From the human T2T-CHM13v2.0 reference genome, Homo sapiens, in NCBI RefSeq assembly GCF_009914755.1, contig NC_060929.1: a DNA stretch of 64,000 nucleotides. One strand, 5' to 3'. A model generated the notes under the pieces. The model had not been told where the DNA came from. It saw only the letters and a program-made list of their open reading frames with translations, and searched no databases. Made by a program: the position numbers and the translations under genes. Below, one piece after another: positions 29,984 through 42,406 of this stretch (positions are counted from its first letter, which is position 1; every line of letters begins with the position of its first letter).

Positions 29984-30118
29984 AAAGAAATCTGAGTTAA
30001 TAATCAAGGTATTCAGTGAATTTTGTTTTGCCTGAATGTGATGAATAAGAAAAAGAAACTGGAAAAGACTATTTCTTAAAATGAAAAAATCTTTAAAACT
30101 ACATGTGTGTATAGTTGG
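29984..30118 (+). pseudogene. Dead copy C of the linker repeat exon
   Basis: tatac|AAAGAAATC (AG acceptor reads AC); TTTCTTAAAATGAAA versus exon 5 TTTCTTGAAATGAAA; ends LKLHVCIV..|gtaata; TGA at codon 4. Confidence 0.75.
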
Positions 30119-30406
30119 GTAATACTTTCTAATGTAAATTTTATTTTGCTCTTTTGTATAGTACAGACCATTTTTAATGAGATGTCTTGTTTTTAAAATT
30201 GAATGCTTCTTGGGTAAATTTTTTCTGGAGTATGACTTTTTTTTTTTTTAACGATCTAAACCATACCATGGGCTGGATGCGGTGGCTCACACCTGTAATC
30301 CCAGCACTCTGGGAGGCCAACGGGGCAGATTGCTTGAGCTCTGCAGTTGGAGACCAGACTGGGCAACATGGTGAAACCCCATGTCTACCAAAAATACAAA
30401 AAATTA

Positions 30407-30550
<144 letters not shown>

Positions 30551-30612
30551 TCAAAAATAAATACCTAAATACATAAATAAATGCCATATTATGTATATAT
30601 GCATATATTCAG

Positions 30613-30814
30613 AAGAATTTCAGGAAAATGATAAAGGTAAATAAGTAATGAATTTTGTTTTGTATGACCATGGCAACAACAAAAAAGCAGTTCCAGGAAC
30701 AATTTGGAACAGGATAAATGAAAAGTGCCTTAAGAAAGTACATATGTTGGCAGGAGCAAATAAAAAGAGTAAAAAGAAAAAAAAAAAAAAAGAAAGTACA
30801 TATGTAAATATCAG
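30613..30814 (+). pseudogene. Dead copy D of the linker repeat exon, containing a retroposed micro-insertion
   Basis: ttcag|AAGAATTTCAGGAAAATGAT; 3' end MKSALRKYICKYQ after removing the insert; donor reads CAG|ttaatt. Confidence 0.8.
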
Positions 30815-31011
30815 TTAATTCTTTACAAATTGAAATGTTTGCTTTTTGAGCTTTTTCTTTCATTGTGTAATCTTGATATATGATTGTGAGGATCTTTGCT
30901 GTGGTTAACATGGTATGAATGTGTTCCTCTTATATTGTCCTTTGTGATATCATCTGTGTTGACACTGTCTTTAGTACATTTTCTAAAGTCATTTTACTTT
31001 GCTATATGCAG

Positions 31012-31134
31012 AAAGAAATGAAGAATTCTATTTTTGCTGAATATGCCAAAGAATCAAAAGCCATGGCTATTAAGACAGATGTGGATGTTGTTGAAATAAA
31101 AAATACCTTAAGGAAGCACATATATAGAGCTCAG
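31012..31134 (+). CDS. SLF1: SLF1 coding exon 8 (KEMKNSIFAEYAKESKAMAIKTDVDVVEIKNTLRKHIYRAQ), linker repeat unit
   Basis: tatgcag|AAA and CAG|gtaaaa; 123 nt, phase 0-0. Confidence 0.93.
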
Positions 31135-31345
31135 GTAAAACTTGGCACATGAAAAATTTTGTATAATATCGTGTCTTACTGTAGTGTATTCAAAATATAA
31201 TTATATATACATATATACATATGATTCATTAGTATGTTTAATATGTCTTAAAATGATTTTCTTAGTTTATTAGTCTATTATACAGTAATGTATTTGGACA
31301 TTTAGTAAATAGGCTGAATTCTGTGCTATTTATACCTCAATAATG

Positions 31346-34300
31346 TCACAGATAAGTCATGTGTTTGAAGTCTTGGCCATAAATTCTTTGCCTACATCAA
31401 TGCCCCGAAGTGTTTCCCCTGTGTTTTCTTCTAGTAGTTTTATAGTTTCAGGTTTTACCTGGAAGTCTTTAATTCATTTTGAGTTGATTTTTGTATATGG
31501 TGAAGAAATAACAGTCTAGTTTTCATTCTGCTTATGATTATCCAGTTTTCCCAACATCATTTATTGAAGACTGTCCTTTCCCCCGTGAGTGTTCTTGGCA
31601 CCTTGTCCAAAATCAGTTTGCTTTAAATATGTGGATTTATTTTTGGATTCTCTGTTCTTCACTGGTCTATATGTCTGTTTTTATACCAGTACCATGCTGT
31701 TTGGGTTACTATAGCTTTGTGGTATACTTTGAAGTCAAGTAGTGTGTGCCTCCAGCTCAGCATTGCTTTGGGTATTTATAGTCCTTCTTGCTCAGCATTG
31801 CTTTGGGTATTTAGGGTCTTTTGCAGTTGTTTACAAATTTTAGGATTGTTTTTCCTGTTTCACAGAAGAATGTCATTGATATTTTGATAGGGATTCCATT
31901 AAATTTGTAGATTACTTTGGGCAATTTGGTTATTTTAACCATATTCTTCAAACTCATAAACATGGAATGTCTTTCCATTTGTTTGTGTCCATGTCGATTT
32001 CTTTCATCAGTGTTTTTTCGTTTTTTCCTTGTAGAGATCTTTCACCTCCTTGGTTAAATATATTCCTAGGTATTTTATAATTTTTAGAGCTCTTCTAAAT
32101 GGGATTGCTTCTGTGATTGATTTATAGCTAGTTCATTATTGGCATATAGAAATGCTACTGATTTTTGAATGTTAACTTTTTATCTCACAGCTTTACTGAA
32201 TTCATTTATCAGTTTTAAGTGATTTTTTTTTTGTCAAGTCTTCATGTTTTTCTACATATGAGATCATGTCGTCTCCAGAGAGGGACAATTTTACTTTTCC
32301 AATTTGGATGCCTTTTCTTTCTTTTCCTTGCCTGATTGCTCTGGTGAGGATGACTTTCAGTATTAGGTTGAATAAAAGTTGTAAAAGTAGGCATTCTTTT
32401 CTAGTTTCAGTCCTTAGGGAATGGCTTTCATGGTTTTCCCATTTCACATAAGGTAGCTATAGGTTTGTCATGTATGACCTTTGTTATGTTGAAGTGCTTC
32501 TGTGCCTAGTTGGTTGAGAGTTTTCATCATGAAGGGATGTTGAAGAAATTTTATTAAAAGCTTTTTTGCATATATTGAAATGATCATATAGTTTTTGTCC
32601 TTCATTTTGTTTTTATTAATTTACTTATTTGTGTATGTTGAACCATCCTTGCATCCTTGGGATAAATCATAGTGTACACTTGATCATAGTGTATTGACTA
32701 TGACAATACACTATGATCAATACACTTGATCATAGTGTACTGACTCTTTGCTATGTTGTTGGATTTAGTTTGCTAGCATTTTGTTAAGGATTTTTGCATC
32801 TGCTTTTCTCAGGGATATTGCCCTGTAGTTTTCTTTTTGTGTTGTGTCTTTGTCTGGTTTTGGTATCAGGGTAATGGTGGCCTTGTAGAACGAGTTAGGT
32901 AGAATTCCCTACCCTTCAGTTTTTTTGAAACAGTTTAAAAAGTGCTGTTGATAGTTCTTTATACATTTGGTTGAATTCAGCAATAAAGTCTTTTGGTCCT
33001 CGGCTTTTTATTTGTTGTGAGAGTTTTATTACTGATTAAATCTCATTGGTCTGTTCAGGTTTTCTGTTTCTTTCTGATTCAGTCTTGGTAGGTTATATGT
33101 GTCCAGGAATTTATCCATTTCCCCTAAGTTTTCTGATTCGTTGGTGTATAGTTCATAATAGTCTCTAATATTCTTTTGTGTTTCTGTGATATCAATTATA
33201 ATGTGTCCTTTTTCACTTCTGATTTTATTTATTTGGGGTTTTTTCTTTTTTGTCTTTGTTAGTCTTGCTAATGGCTTATTGATTTTGTTTAACTTTTAAA
33301 AAAAATTAACTTATTTGTTTCATTGATCTTATGTGTTTTTAAGTCTATTTTGTTTCGTTCTGCTCTTTATTATTTATTTAAAATTTATTTATATATCTTT
33401 AATAAATATTTATTAATTTATAATTAATCTAAATAATAATAGATCTTTATTATTTCCTTCTACTAATTTGGGGTTTGGTTTGTTCTTGCTCTTCTTCTTC
33501 CTTGAGGTGCATTGTTAAGTTGATTATTTGAGATCTTTCTACTTTTTAGATATTAGGCATTTTTTCTATAAATGTGCCTTTTAGCACTGCTTTTGCTGTA
33601 TTCTATAGGTTTTGGTATGTTGTGTTTCCATTTTTATTTATTATAAGAAATGTTTTATTTCCTTCTCAATTACTTCATTGATCCAATGGTCGTTTAGGAA
33701 CATGTGATTTTATTTACGTGTATTTGTACAGTTTCCAAAGTTTTTCTTACTGATTTTTAGTTTTATTCCATTGTTGTCTGAGAAAGATATTTGATATGAC
33801 TTCAGATCTTTTCAAATGTGTTGAGATTTGTTGTGTGGCCTAATGTCTGTCCGGAAGAATGTCCCATATACTAATGAGAAGAATGTGTATTCTGAAGCTG
33901 TTAGATAAAATGTTCTCTAAATGTCTGTTAGGTTCATTTGTTCTAAAGTGCAGTTTAAATCCAATGTCTGTTTTTTGATTTTCTGTTTCGATAATCTGTC
34001 CAATGCTTAGAATGGGGTATTAGAGTCCCCAATTGTTACTGTGTTGAAGTCTCTGTCTCCCTCTAGATCTAGGTGCTCCAAGATCTGGATTTATATATCT
34101 GGGTGCTCCAAGTTGGGTACATAGATATTTAGAATTGTTATATCTTCTTGCGGAATTGATCTTTTTATCAGTATGTAATGACCTTCTTTATCTCTTTTTA
34201 CAGTTTTTAACTTAGAAAGTTTTTTCTGATGTAAGTATAGCTACTTCTGCTCGCTTTGGTTTCCGTTCTTGTGGAATATCTTTTTCCATTCTTCTTCACT

Positions 34301-37300
34301 TTCAGTCTTTACATGTTTTAACAGGTGGAGAGAGTTTCTTATAGGCAACACACTGCTTTTTTAATACATGTAGCCAGTCAGCCAGTCTATATCTTTTATG
34401 TGGAGAATTTAATCCATCTACATTCAAGGTTATTATGGGTGAGGACTTACTTGTGTTATTTTGTTAATTGTTTTGTGGTTGTTTTGTGTGTCCTTTTTTT
34501 CATTTCTTCTTTTATTGTTTGTCATTGCAGTTGGGTGTTTTTTGTTTTTTTTTTTTTAGTATTGGTGACATTTGGCTCTTTTCTCATTTGTATTTTTGCT
34601 TTACAGTGAGTTTTATACTTTCTTGTGTTTTCATGGTGGTAGATATCATCCGTTTGCTTCCAATTGTAGGACTTGCGTAAACATTTTTTGTGTGGTTGGT
34701 CTGTTAGTAATGAATTCTCTGTTTTTGCTTGTCCAGGAAATACTTTATTTCTCCATTATTTTTGAAGGATAGGTTTTCTGGGTATAATATTCTTGCCTGT
34801 TGAGTTGGGTTTGTTGTTGTTGTTGTTGTTGTTGTTGTTTTTTCCTTTCAACACTATGAATGTGTCATCTTATTCTTTCCTGGCTTATAAGGCTTCTGCT
34901 GAGAAATCTGTTGTCACCCTGATTGGGATTTCCTTATATGTGACTTTATGCTTTTTCTCTTGATGTTTTTAGAATTCTTTCTTTGTCTTTGACTTTTGAT
35001 AGTTTGACTGTAATGTGCCTTGGAGACCTTTGAGAATTGAATCTATTTGGAAATAGCTCTTACAACACTTGGGACGTTTTCAGCTATTGTTTTTAAAATA
35101 GGTTTTCTATGCCTTTGCCCATCACTTCTCCATCTGGAAATCTGAAAATTGGAATATTTCATTACTTTATGCCTTCCCATATGTCATTTAGGCTTTTTTT
35201 TCGTTTTGTCTGTTATTTCAAAAGACCTGTCTTCATGTTTAGAAATAGTTTCTTTTGCTTGATCTAGTCTATTGCTGAAGCTCTCTGTTATATATTTTTT
35301 TTCATTCATTGAATTCTTAAGTTCCAGGATTTCAAAAGACCTGTCTTCATGTTTAGAAATAGTTTCTTTTGCTTGATCTAGTCTATTGCTGAAGCTCTCT
35401 GTTATATATTTTTTTTCATTCATTGAATTCTTAAGTTCCAGGATTTCAAAAGACCTGTCTTCATGTTTAGAAATAGTTTCTTTTGCTTGATCTAGTCTAT
35501 TGCTGAAGCTCTCTGTTATATATTTTTTTTCATTCATTGAATTCTTAAGTTCCAGGATTTCTGTTTGGTTCTTTTCTATGATTATCTCTTTGTTGAATTT
35601 CTCATTGAGATCATGAATTATTTTCCTGCTTACCTTGTATTGTTCATCTGTGTACTTTTCTATCTCACTGAGTTTTTTTAATATCATCATTTTAATTTTT
35701 TTTAGGAATTTCATTGGTTTCCTTTTTGTTGGAATCTGTTGCTGGAGAATTATTGTGTTCCTTTACAGGTGCCATGTTGTCTTGCTTTTTCACCTTTCTT
35801 GCATAGTTATGTTGCTATCTGTGTATCTGGTGTAACAGTCACTTCAAATTTTGTGAATTGGTTTTCATAGGTTTTTTCTATAGTTGTATCTATAGTGTTG
35901 TTTGGATAGAGTGCTTTAGTTTTGCCAGATGTGAGCACATTGGTGTAGTCTCCATATGATTTCTTCATCTGTAGTCATCCACAGTGTTATCTTTGAGTTT
36001 GTCAGTGGCTTAGGCTACATTTGTTAGTGGAGGCTATAATGAAGTGTTGCTGGGGATGTGGACACAGGCATGTGGTCCTTGGGCAGCACTGGTGGTGGCA
36101 GCAGGCTGTGCATGCTGGTTCTTGGGTCCTGGGCAATATACATGGACACCAGTCATCACAGGTCTGGGTAGGCCAATCCCTGTGCCTCCTGGTGGCTTGC
36201 TTGGGTGCCAGCAGTGACAGTAGTGGGATGAGTGGGTCCTCAGGTCTCTGGGTGGTGTGCATGGCATTCGTGATGGCAGTAGTGGTTGTGGGCCAATCCT
36301 CGGGCCCCCAAGTAGCAAACATGGGTGCCAGCAGTGGTGGAAATAGGCTGAGCAGGCCAGGTGGCACATGTGGGTGGTTATCAGCAGCAGCAGCTTGACA
36401 TGCTCATCCTTTGATCCCCCTAGTTGTTTGCATAGGTGCTCCTGGTAGCTGGTGTGATGGGTCGATCCACAGGTTCTCAGACAATGTGCTGGGGTCCCAG
36501 CAGCAGTGGCAGTTGGCAGAGTGGGCTGTCCTAGGCCCCAGATGGTGTATTTGGGCACCTGGTTGGTGAATGGGTGGGTTGATCCCGATGTTCCTGGATG
36601 ACAAGTGCAGGTGGCATTGCCAGAGGCTGCATGCAGGTCTAATCTGTTCCTAGGCCCCTGACGGTGGGCGTGGCTGCCAGCTGTGGTAAATGAGGCAGGT
36701 CTGTTCACAGGCCTCATATCAGCGTGCTCAAGTGCCTGTTGCAGTAGGCCAGGTAGGCCTGTTATCAGGCCTCTTGATGGTTGCACAGGCACCAGGAGTG
36801 GTGGACAGGGATGGGTTGATACCCATTCTCCCTGGCAGTGCACTTGGGCTCTGGTGGCTGTGCTAGTAGTCGGAGTAGGGTAGGCCTTTCCTCAGGCCCC
36901 CCGATAGCTCCTGCAGCCTCTGGCTGCAGCAGACAAGGCGGTCTGATCCCCACGTCCTCGTATTGTGCATTTACACAGTGGTGGCGGGTGGGGTAGGCCT
37001 GTCTTCAGGCTTCCAGATGGCGCTTGTGGGCACCAGTGGCAGGCAGAGTGGATCTATCTGTAAGCCCTGGGACAACCCCCCAGTGGGCCACTCCTCAGGC
37101 CTCCTGAAGCCACATGCAAGTGCATGACGACGCTGGTGCTGGGCAGGGTTTGAAACACACAGAAACTGTGGGACAGGGTTTCTGCCAGTGACAGAGGCCC
37201 CAGGCAGGTGGCTCTCAGGATCTGAGGAGCTCCTGCTTTGGCTCCTTTTGTCCCCAGGGTGGCCTCCCTGGTGCTCTCCACCTCCTACTCCTTAGGATGT

Positions 37301-37895
37301 AGGACACTGTGTAGGTGAGAGTGCTGGCCACCTAGTTGCATTGTTGACTCCAGCTGGCATCATGACACTGCAGCTCTCTGGGTGGACAGGAATATCAGTG
37401 GGGCTCCGGGCTTAGGCACTGTTGGGCCACAGAGCAGGATGTAGTCTGGTAGTGTCTGGGCTCTACCTGGCGCCATGCTGCAGCCTCTTGGGTGCCAGCA
37501 GATTATGTGGGACTCAGCGTGTACTCTTTCTTTGGAATAATGCCATTGAGTGGACTCCAGGCAGCTTTCTAAACTAGTCTCTGGGCCAGTGAGGACTAAG
37601 GGGCTCTCCAGTTGCTAGGATTGCAGGAATTCATGGTGGGAATGTGGATCTGTGTAGATGTCTCTTGTTTTTCCCATTCGTAGTGGGTAGTTTCTCCAGG
37701 CTCCTAGCCAGTTCCATTTGAGCCAGCTGCTTTGCTTCTCTGTCTTTGCTTGCCTCAGAGATTCCCTGCCACTTTTAAATTGTAATGTTCTCTCTTAGAT
37801 GCCCTATTCAGTGTGTGATTATCTACTCACTGTTTTAGTCCTTTGTGGAAGAGCTGAGTGCCAAGCACTTCTAAGTCAGCCATCTTGAAGCCCCC
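31346..37895 (-). mobile_element. About 6.5-kb old L1 (L1M/L1MA type) antisense to SLF1: 5'UTR, ORF1 and part of ORF2, degenerate
   Basis: 5' start motif caagatggctgac on minus strand at ~37885; GC-rich 5'UTR ~35900-37880; ORF1 coiled coil (ORF 35184-35714); RT remnants (ORF 32202-32447: [26 protein letters not shown]). Confidence 0.9.
35215..35561. repeat. Perfect tandem repeat, 3 x 114 bp, inside L1 ORF1
   Basis: Units start at 35215, 35329 and 35443; identical 38-aa repeats in the minus-strand ORF. Confidence 0.95.
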
Positions 37896-38679
37896 TTCTT
37901 CCAGGGTTTTTTGTTTTTTTGTTTTTTTTTTTTTGAGACCGGGTCTAGCTCTGTTGCCCAGGCTGGAGTGCAGTGGTGCAATCTCAGCTCACTACAACCT
38001 GAGCTTCCCAGGTTCAAGCAATTCTCCTGCCTCAGCCTCCTGAGAGTAGCTAGGATTATAGGCGCCTGCCACCACGCCTGGCTAATTTTTGTATATTTAA
38101 TAGAGACGGGGTTTTGCCATGTTGGCCAGGCTGTTCTCAAACTCCTGACCTCAGGTGATCTGTCCAGCTTGGCCTTCCAAAGTGCTGGGATTACAGGTGT
38201 GAGCCACAGCGCCCAGCCTCAGGGTATTATCTCTTTATTATATTTGTTGCAGATATTTTTCCAGGATAATCTTTTAAATATGCAATTATGGGTGTTTTAA
38301 AACAATAAGATTTGACATATGGTTATATAGCAAACATAACTGATGTTTTTTTCTCCTGTGTACCCCTGTACAAAATGCTCTCCCCATTTATATTTCTAAT
38401 AATTACGACACTAAGGACAATGGACCTCTTCAGATCTTCAAAGCGAATATGACTTAATTATTGTAATTTAGAAGGAGAAAATAGAGAAATGCTCATAGTC
38501 GTGAGAGTTCCCTAAAATAATAAAAGTTGCTAGTTTGAGTAAATATGAGTATCATATTAATTATAGCTATTAATGTGTTCCTGGATCTGTTTTATATGTT
38601 TTTCCAAGGTTTTGGGGAAGCTGAAATGTATTTTTCAATCTTAAAATGTTGTTTTAATTATATGGTTGCTCTTTTGTAG

Positions 38680-38733
38680 GCTGTCAGATACAACTGCATT
38701 AGAATAGATAAACAACCAGTGTACAACGTAGAG
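38680..38733 (+). CDS. SLF1: SLF1 coding exon 9 (AVRYNCIRIDKQPVYNVE)
   Basis: ttttgtag|GCT and GAG|gtaagg; 54 nt, phase 0-0. Confidence 0.92.
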
Positions 38734-39730
38734 GTAAGGGGCTTGGAGCAGCATTGGTGATGGGGGCAAAGAAGAAGTTTTGTGTTTTGTTATTAGTTAT
38801 TTTGAATAAAAGTAATGTGTTGTATGCACAATAAAAGGTAACGTATTATATGCACAAATAAAGAAATATAGCTTCTCTAATCAGAAATGATAAAAATATT
38901 CTGTCAAAACTCCCCCAAAAATTTCCATATAATAGTAAAAAATGATCACAAATGTTAAAAACACACCTTGTGCTTATGACAGGTGAAATATACATTCCTG
39001 TTCTCATGTTTCATAACTTTCATAATGACTACTTTTAGATTAAAATTTTTTGGTATGATATTTACAAAAGTGTATTTTGTTATTTAAAGAAAATGATACC
39101 TTTATTTTACATACTTTCATTTCAGAACAAAATAAACCTACAATACATATATCCAGTCTATTGTTAAATTAGGGAGGGAATCGGGCTTGAGGCCCTTGTT
39201 TCCTTGTTTATTCTTCTAAACTTGATTTTTTAATTCCATGTAGTCTTTTAGAATATTTTTGACTCAAATTATTCAAGGTAGTTACTTTTATTATTAAGAA
39301 TAGTTTGACCAAGGGGAATGTATTTTGTGAAGCTCTTAGAGTTATATAAATGTACAACCTCAGAGTGATTTTATGATTCTCCCAATCAGTTTTCACTTTT
39401 TGCAAATATTGCTTGTGCTTGATGATATCTTAACATTTTTAAGATATTTTAACAGAGTTCATTTTTAAGTTTAAAAGAAAACCAAAAAATAATTTTTCAC
39501 CTAAAGAACTATGTCGCTGTAGCTCTTTCTCTTTTTTATCAACCAAACTGCAAATTCCTGTTAAAGGTTTTCTTTTAGAGGTAGTATTTTCCCTTACTAC
39601 TGAAGGCAACAGAAAATAATTAATATAACAAGTAATAAAATACATTCATACATATCATCCTCTTTGAACTACATAGTCTCATCCAGCAGCAAGGCCAGGA
39701 ATTATCTTCATTTCACAGATGAGGAAATTA

Positions 39731-39916
<186 letters not shown>

Positions 39917-40131
39917 TCAGGAGGTTGAGGCAGGAGAATCACTTGAACCTGGGAGACGGAGGTTGCAAGTGAGCCGAGATCGCACCACTGCATTCCAGCC
40001 TGGGTAACAGAGTGAGACTCCGTCTCAAATGAATGAATGAATAAATAAATAATAAATTCTTACTAATTCATGATTTGATTGCAAAATTTTATCTTTCTTT
40101 TCTCTGAATCATAGAATCTTTCCTTTCTTAG

Positions 40132-40290
40132 GTTAAAAATGCTGAATTTCCCAGAGGTGTATTAAATTTAATTGAAAGCCTCATAGAAGGACATTTTTTT
40201 AAAGAAGCAATTGAGGAACTTTCCACTTTGCAGGCACATTATATCCCTCCTGTATGCGTTCTTCATGCCCTTCTAGAGAACGTTCTACAG
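40132..40290 (+). CDS. SLF1: SLF1 coding exon 10 (VKNAEFPRGVLNLIESLIEGHFFKEAIEELSTLQAHYIPPVCVLHALLENVLQ)
   Basis: tttcttag|GTT and CAG|gtaaga; 159 nt, phase 0-0. Confidence 0.95.
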
Positions 40291-40695
40291 GTAAGAGCAG
40301 CCTTAAGGATTTATAATCTTTTTTTCAAAGAATGTTAAAATGTGAACATTTTCTCACTTTTTGTATGTTTACAGTTTATTTTCCCTGTTCAGTGTTTTTT
40401 TTTCTTCATTTCACTAATGCAGTACCCATTTATTACTACTGTTCTGTTTTCCAGCTACATACTAGGTACTACTCTTAGTGCTTTAGCTAATGATTTTCTC
40501 AGGATTTCTAAGATAATTTTGTTTTGGGGAAAAAGGTTATCTAATTTTTCTCACGGCAGTAAAGTATCAAATATAAAATTCAGATTATGGTGATCTAGAA
40601 TTACATTTGGTAAATTACTCCATTAGTACATTGATGATTATCATTTTTATTTATAGTATACATAATGAACATACTCTTTGTTTAAAAAGAAATAG

Positions 40696-40983
<288 letters not shown>

Positions 40984-41172
40984 TAACAGGCATAAGCTTT
41001 GTCAGGTATGTTATGTTGGTGATAAGTAAGCATGTTGCATGAATAGTTTGTTACTTTTAGTTCCTTTCAGGTAACATTTGAGACCTCTTAAATCTCACTA
41101 TAATTGTGAAAAGGAAAATGTGTATTCCATCTAAGGTAGTGTTAATAGAAGGGATTACCCAATGTATAGATA

Positions 41173-41735
41173 GAGTCATCCCTTGCTGTCACAGGATATT
41201 GGTTTCAGGACCTTTGTGGATACTGAAATCTGCACATAATCAAGTCCTGCAGTTGCTTCTTCAGAACCTGCACTTATAGGAAAAGTCAGCCCTCCACATA
41301 CGAAGGTTTTACATCCTGTGAATACTGTATTTTTAAAGGTTTTTCTTTTAGAGGTAATTGTAAAATTTTCCCTTACTACTAGGGAAAAAAATTTCCTTCA
41401 CTACTGAAGGCAATAGAAAATAATTAATACAATAACTAATAAGATACAGTCATACATATCATCCTCTTTGAACTACATAATCTCATTCAGCAGCAAGGGC
41501 AGGAATTATCTTTATTTTACAGGTGAGGAAATTAAAACTTCTTAGTAGGCCGGGTGCTGTGGCTCACACCTGTAATTCCAGCACTTTCAGAGGCCGAGGC
41601 CTCCCAAATACAGAATACTGTATTTAATTGCAGTTGTAGAACCTATGGACGTGAAGGGTAGGCTGCATTTATTGGAAAAAAATTCATGTGTAAGTGGACC
41701 CATGCAGTTAAAACCTGTTATTCAGGTATCAGCTG
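41173..41735. mobile_element. MER8/Tigger2-type MITE split by a local templated insertion
   Basis: gtcatccct...attggtttcaggacc 5' part and aagtggacccatgcagtt.aaacc 3' part separated by the 41333-41612 insert. Confidence 0.75.
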
Positions 41736-42020
41736 TACATAGAGTGTGCCTGTCTCTCAGTTGCTTTATTTAATTAGCTAAACATGATGCTTCCATCTGC
41801 TCTCCTTTGTCTAAACACGTATATTTGGCAAGAAACTTAGGCCAGCGTTAGGCCGGGCGTGGTGGCTCACACCTGTAATCCCAGCACTTTGGGAGGCTGA
41901 GGTGGGCAGATCACAAGGTCGGGAGTTCAAGACTAGCCTGGCCAACATAGTGAAATCCCATCTCTACTAAAAATACAAAAATTAGCCAGGCATGGTGGTG
42001 GGTGCCTGTAGTCCCAGCTA

Positions 42021-42170
<150 letters not shown>

Positions 42171-42242
42171 TTAGACTGAATTAGAGAGTCAAACTACTTT
42201 TAGCTATAGTGTTTTATTTGTTTGTTTATTTTTAAATAATAG

Positions 42243-42406
42243 GATAACATAGATACATTTTCTGGTCGATACTTTCATATATTGTCAGCTCTTCTTCACC
42301 TGCATCCTCCTTGGAAGTCTCCAGCCATGTCGAGATATTATTTAGAGTTGTTTCAGTGTCCAACTTGTATGAAAGGAGCATGGTCTTTAGTAGAAGTCCT
42401 TATCAG
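42243..42406 (+). CDS. SLF1: SLF1 coding exon 11 (DNIDTFSGRYFHILSALLHLHPPWKSPAMSRYYLELFQCPTCMKGAWSLVEVLIR)
   Basis: aatag|GAT and CAG|gtaagg; 164 nt, phase 0->2. Confidence 0.95.

Noticed and set aside
35215-35561. CRISPR-like or other prokaryotic array
   Set aside because: No unique spacers, and the window is primate intronic DNA; no prokaryotic system seen anywhere
35184-35714. 176-aa ORF with three identical repeats as a novel protein
   Set aside because: Decayed L1 ORF1 coiled coil lengthened by the 114-bp tandem repeat; no sign of an independent gene
36002-37281. Long overlapping ORFs (up to 269 aa) on both strands
   Set aside because: They fall in the GC-rich L1 5'UTR-like region, where stop codons are scarce; no recognisable domain
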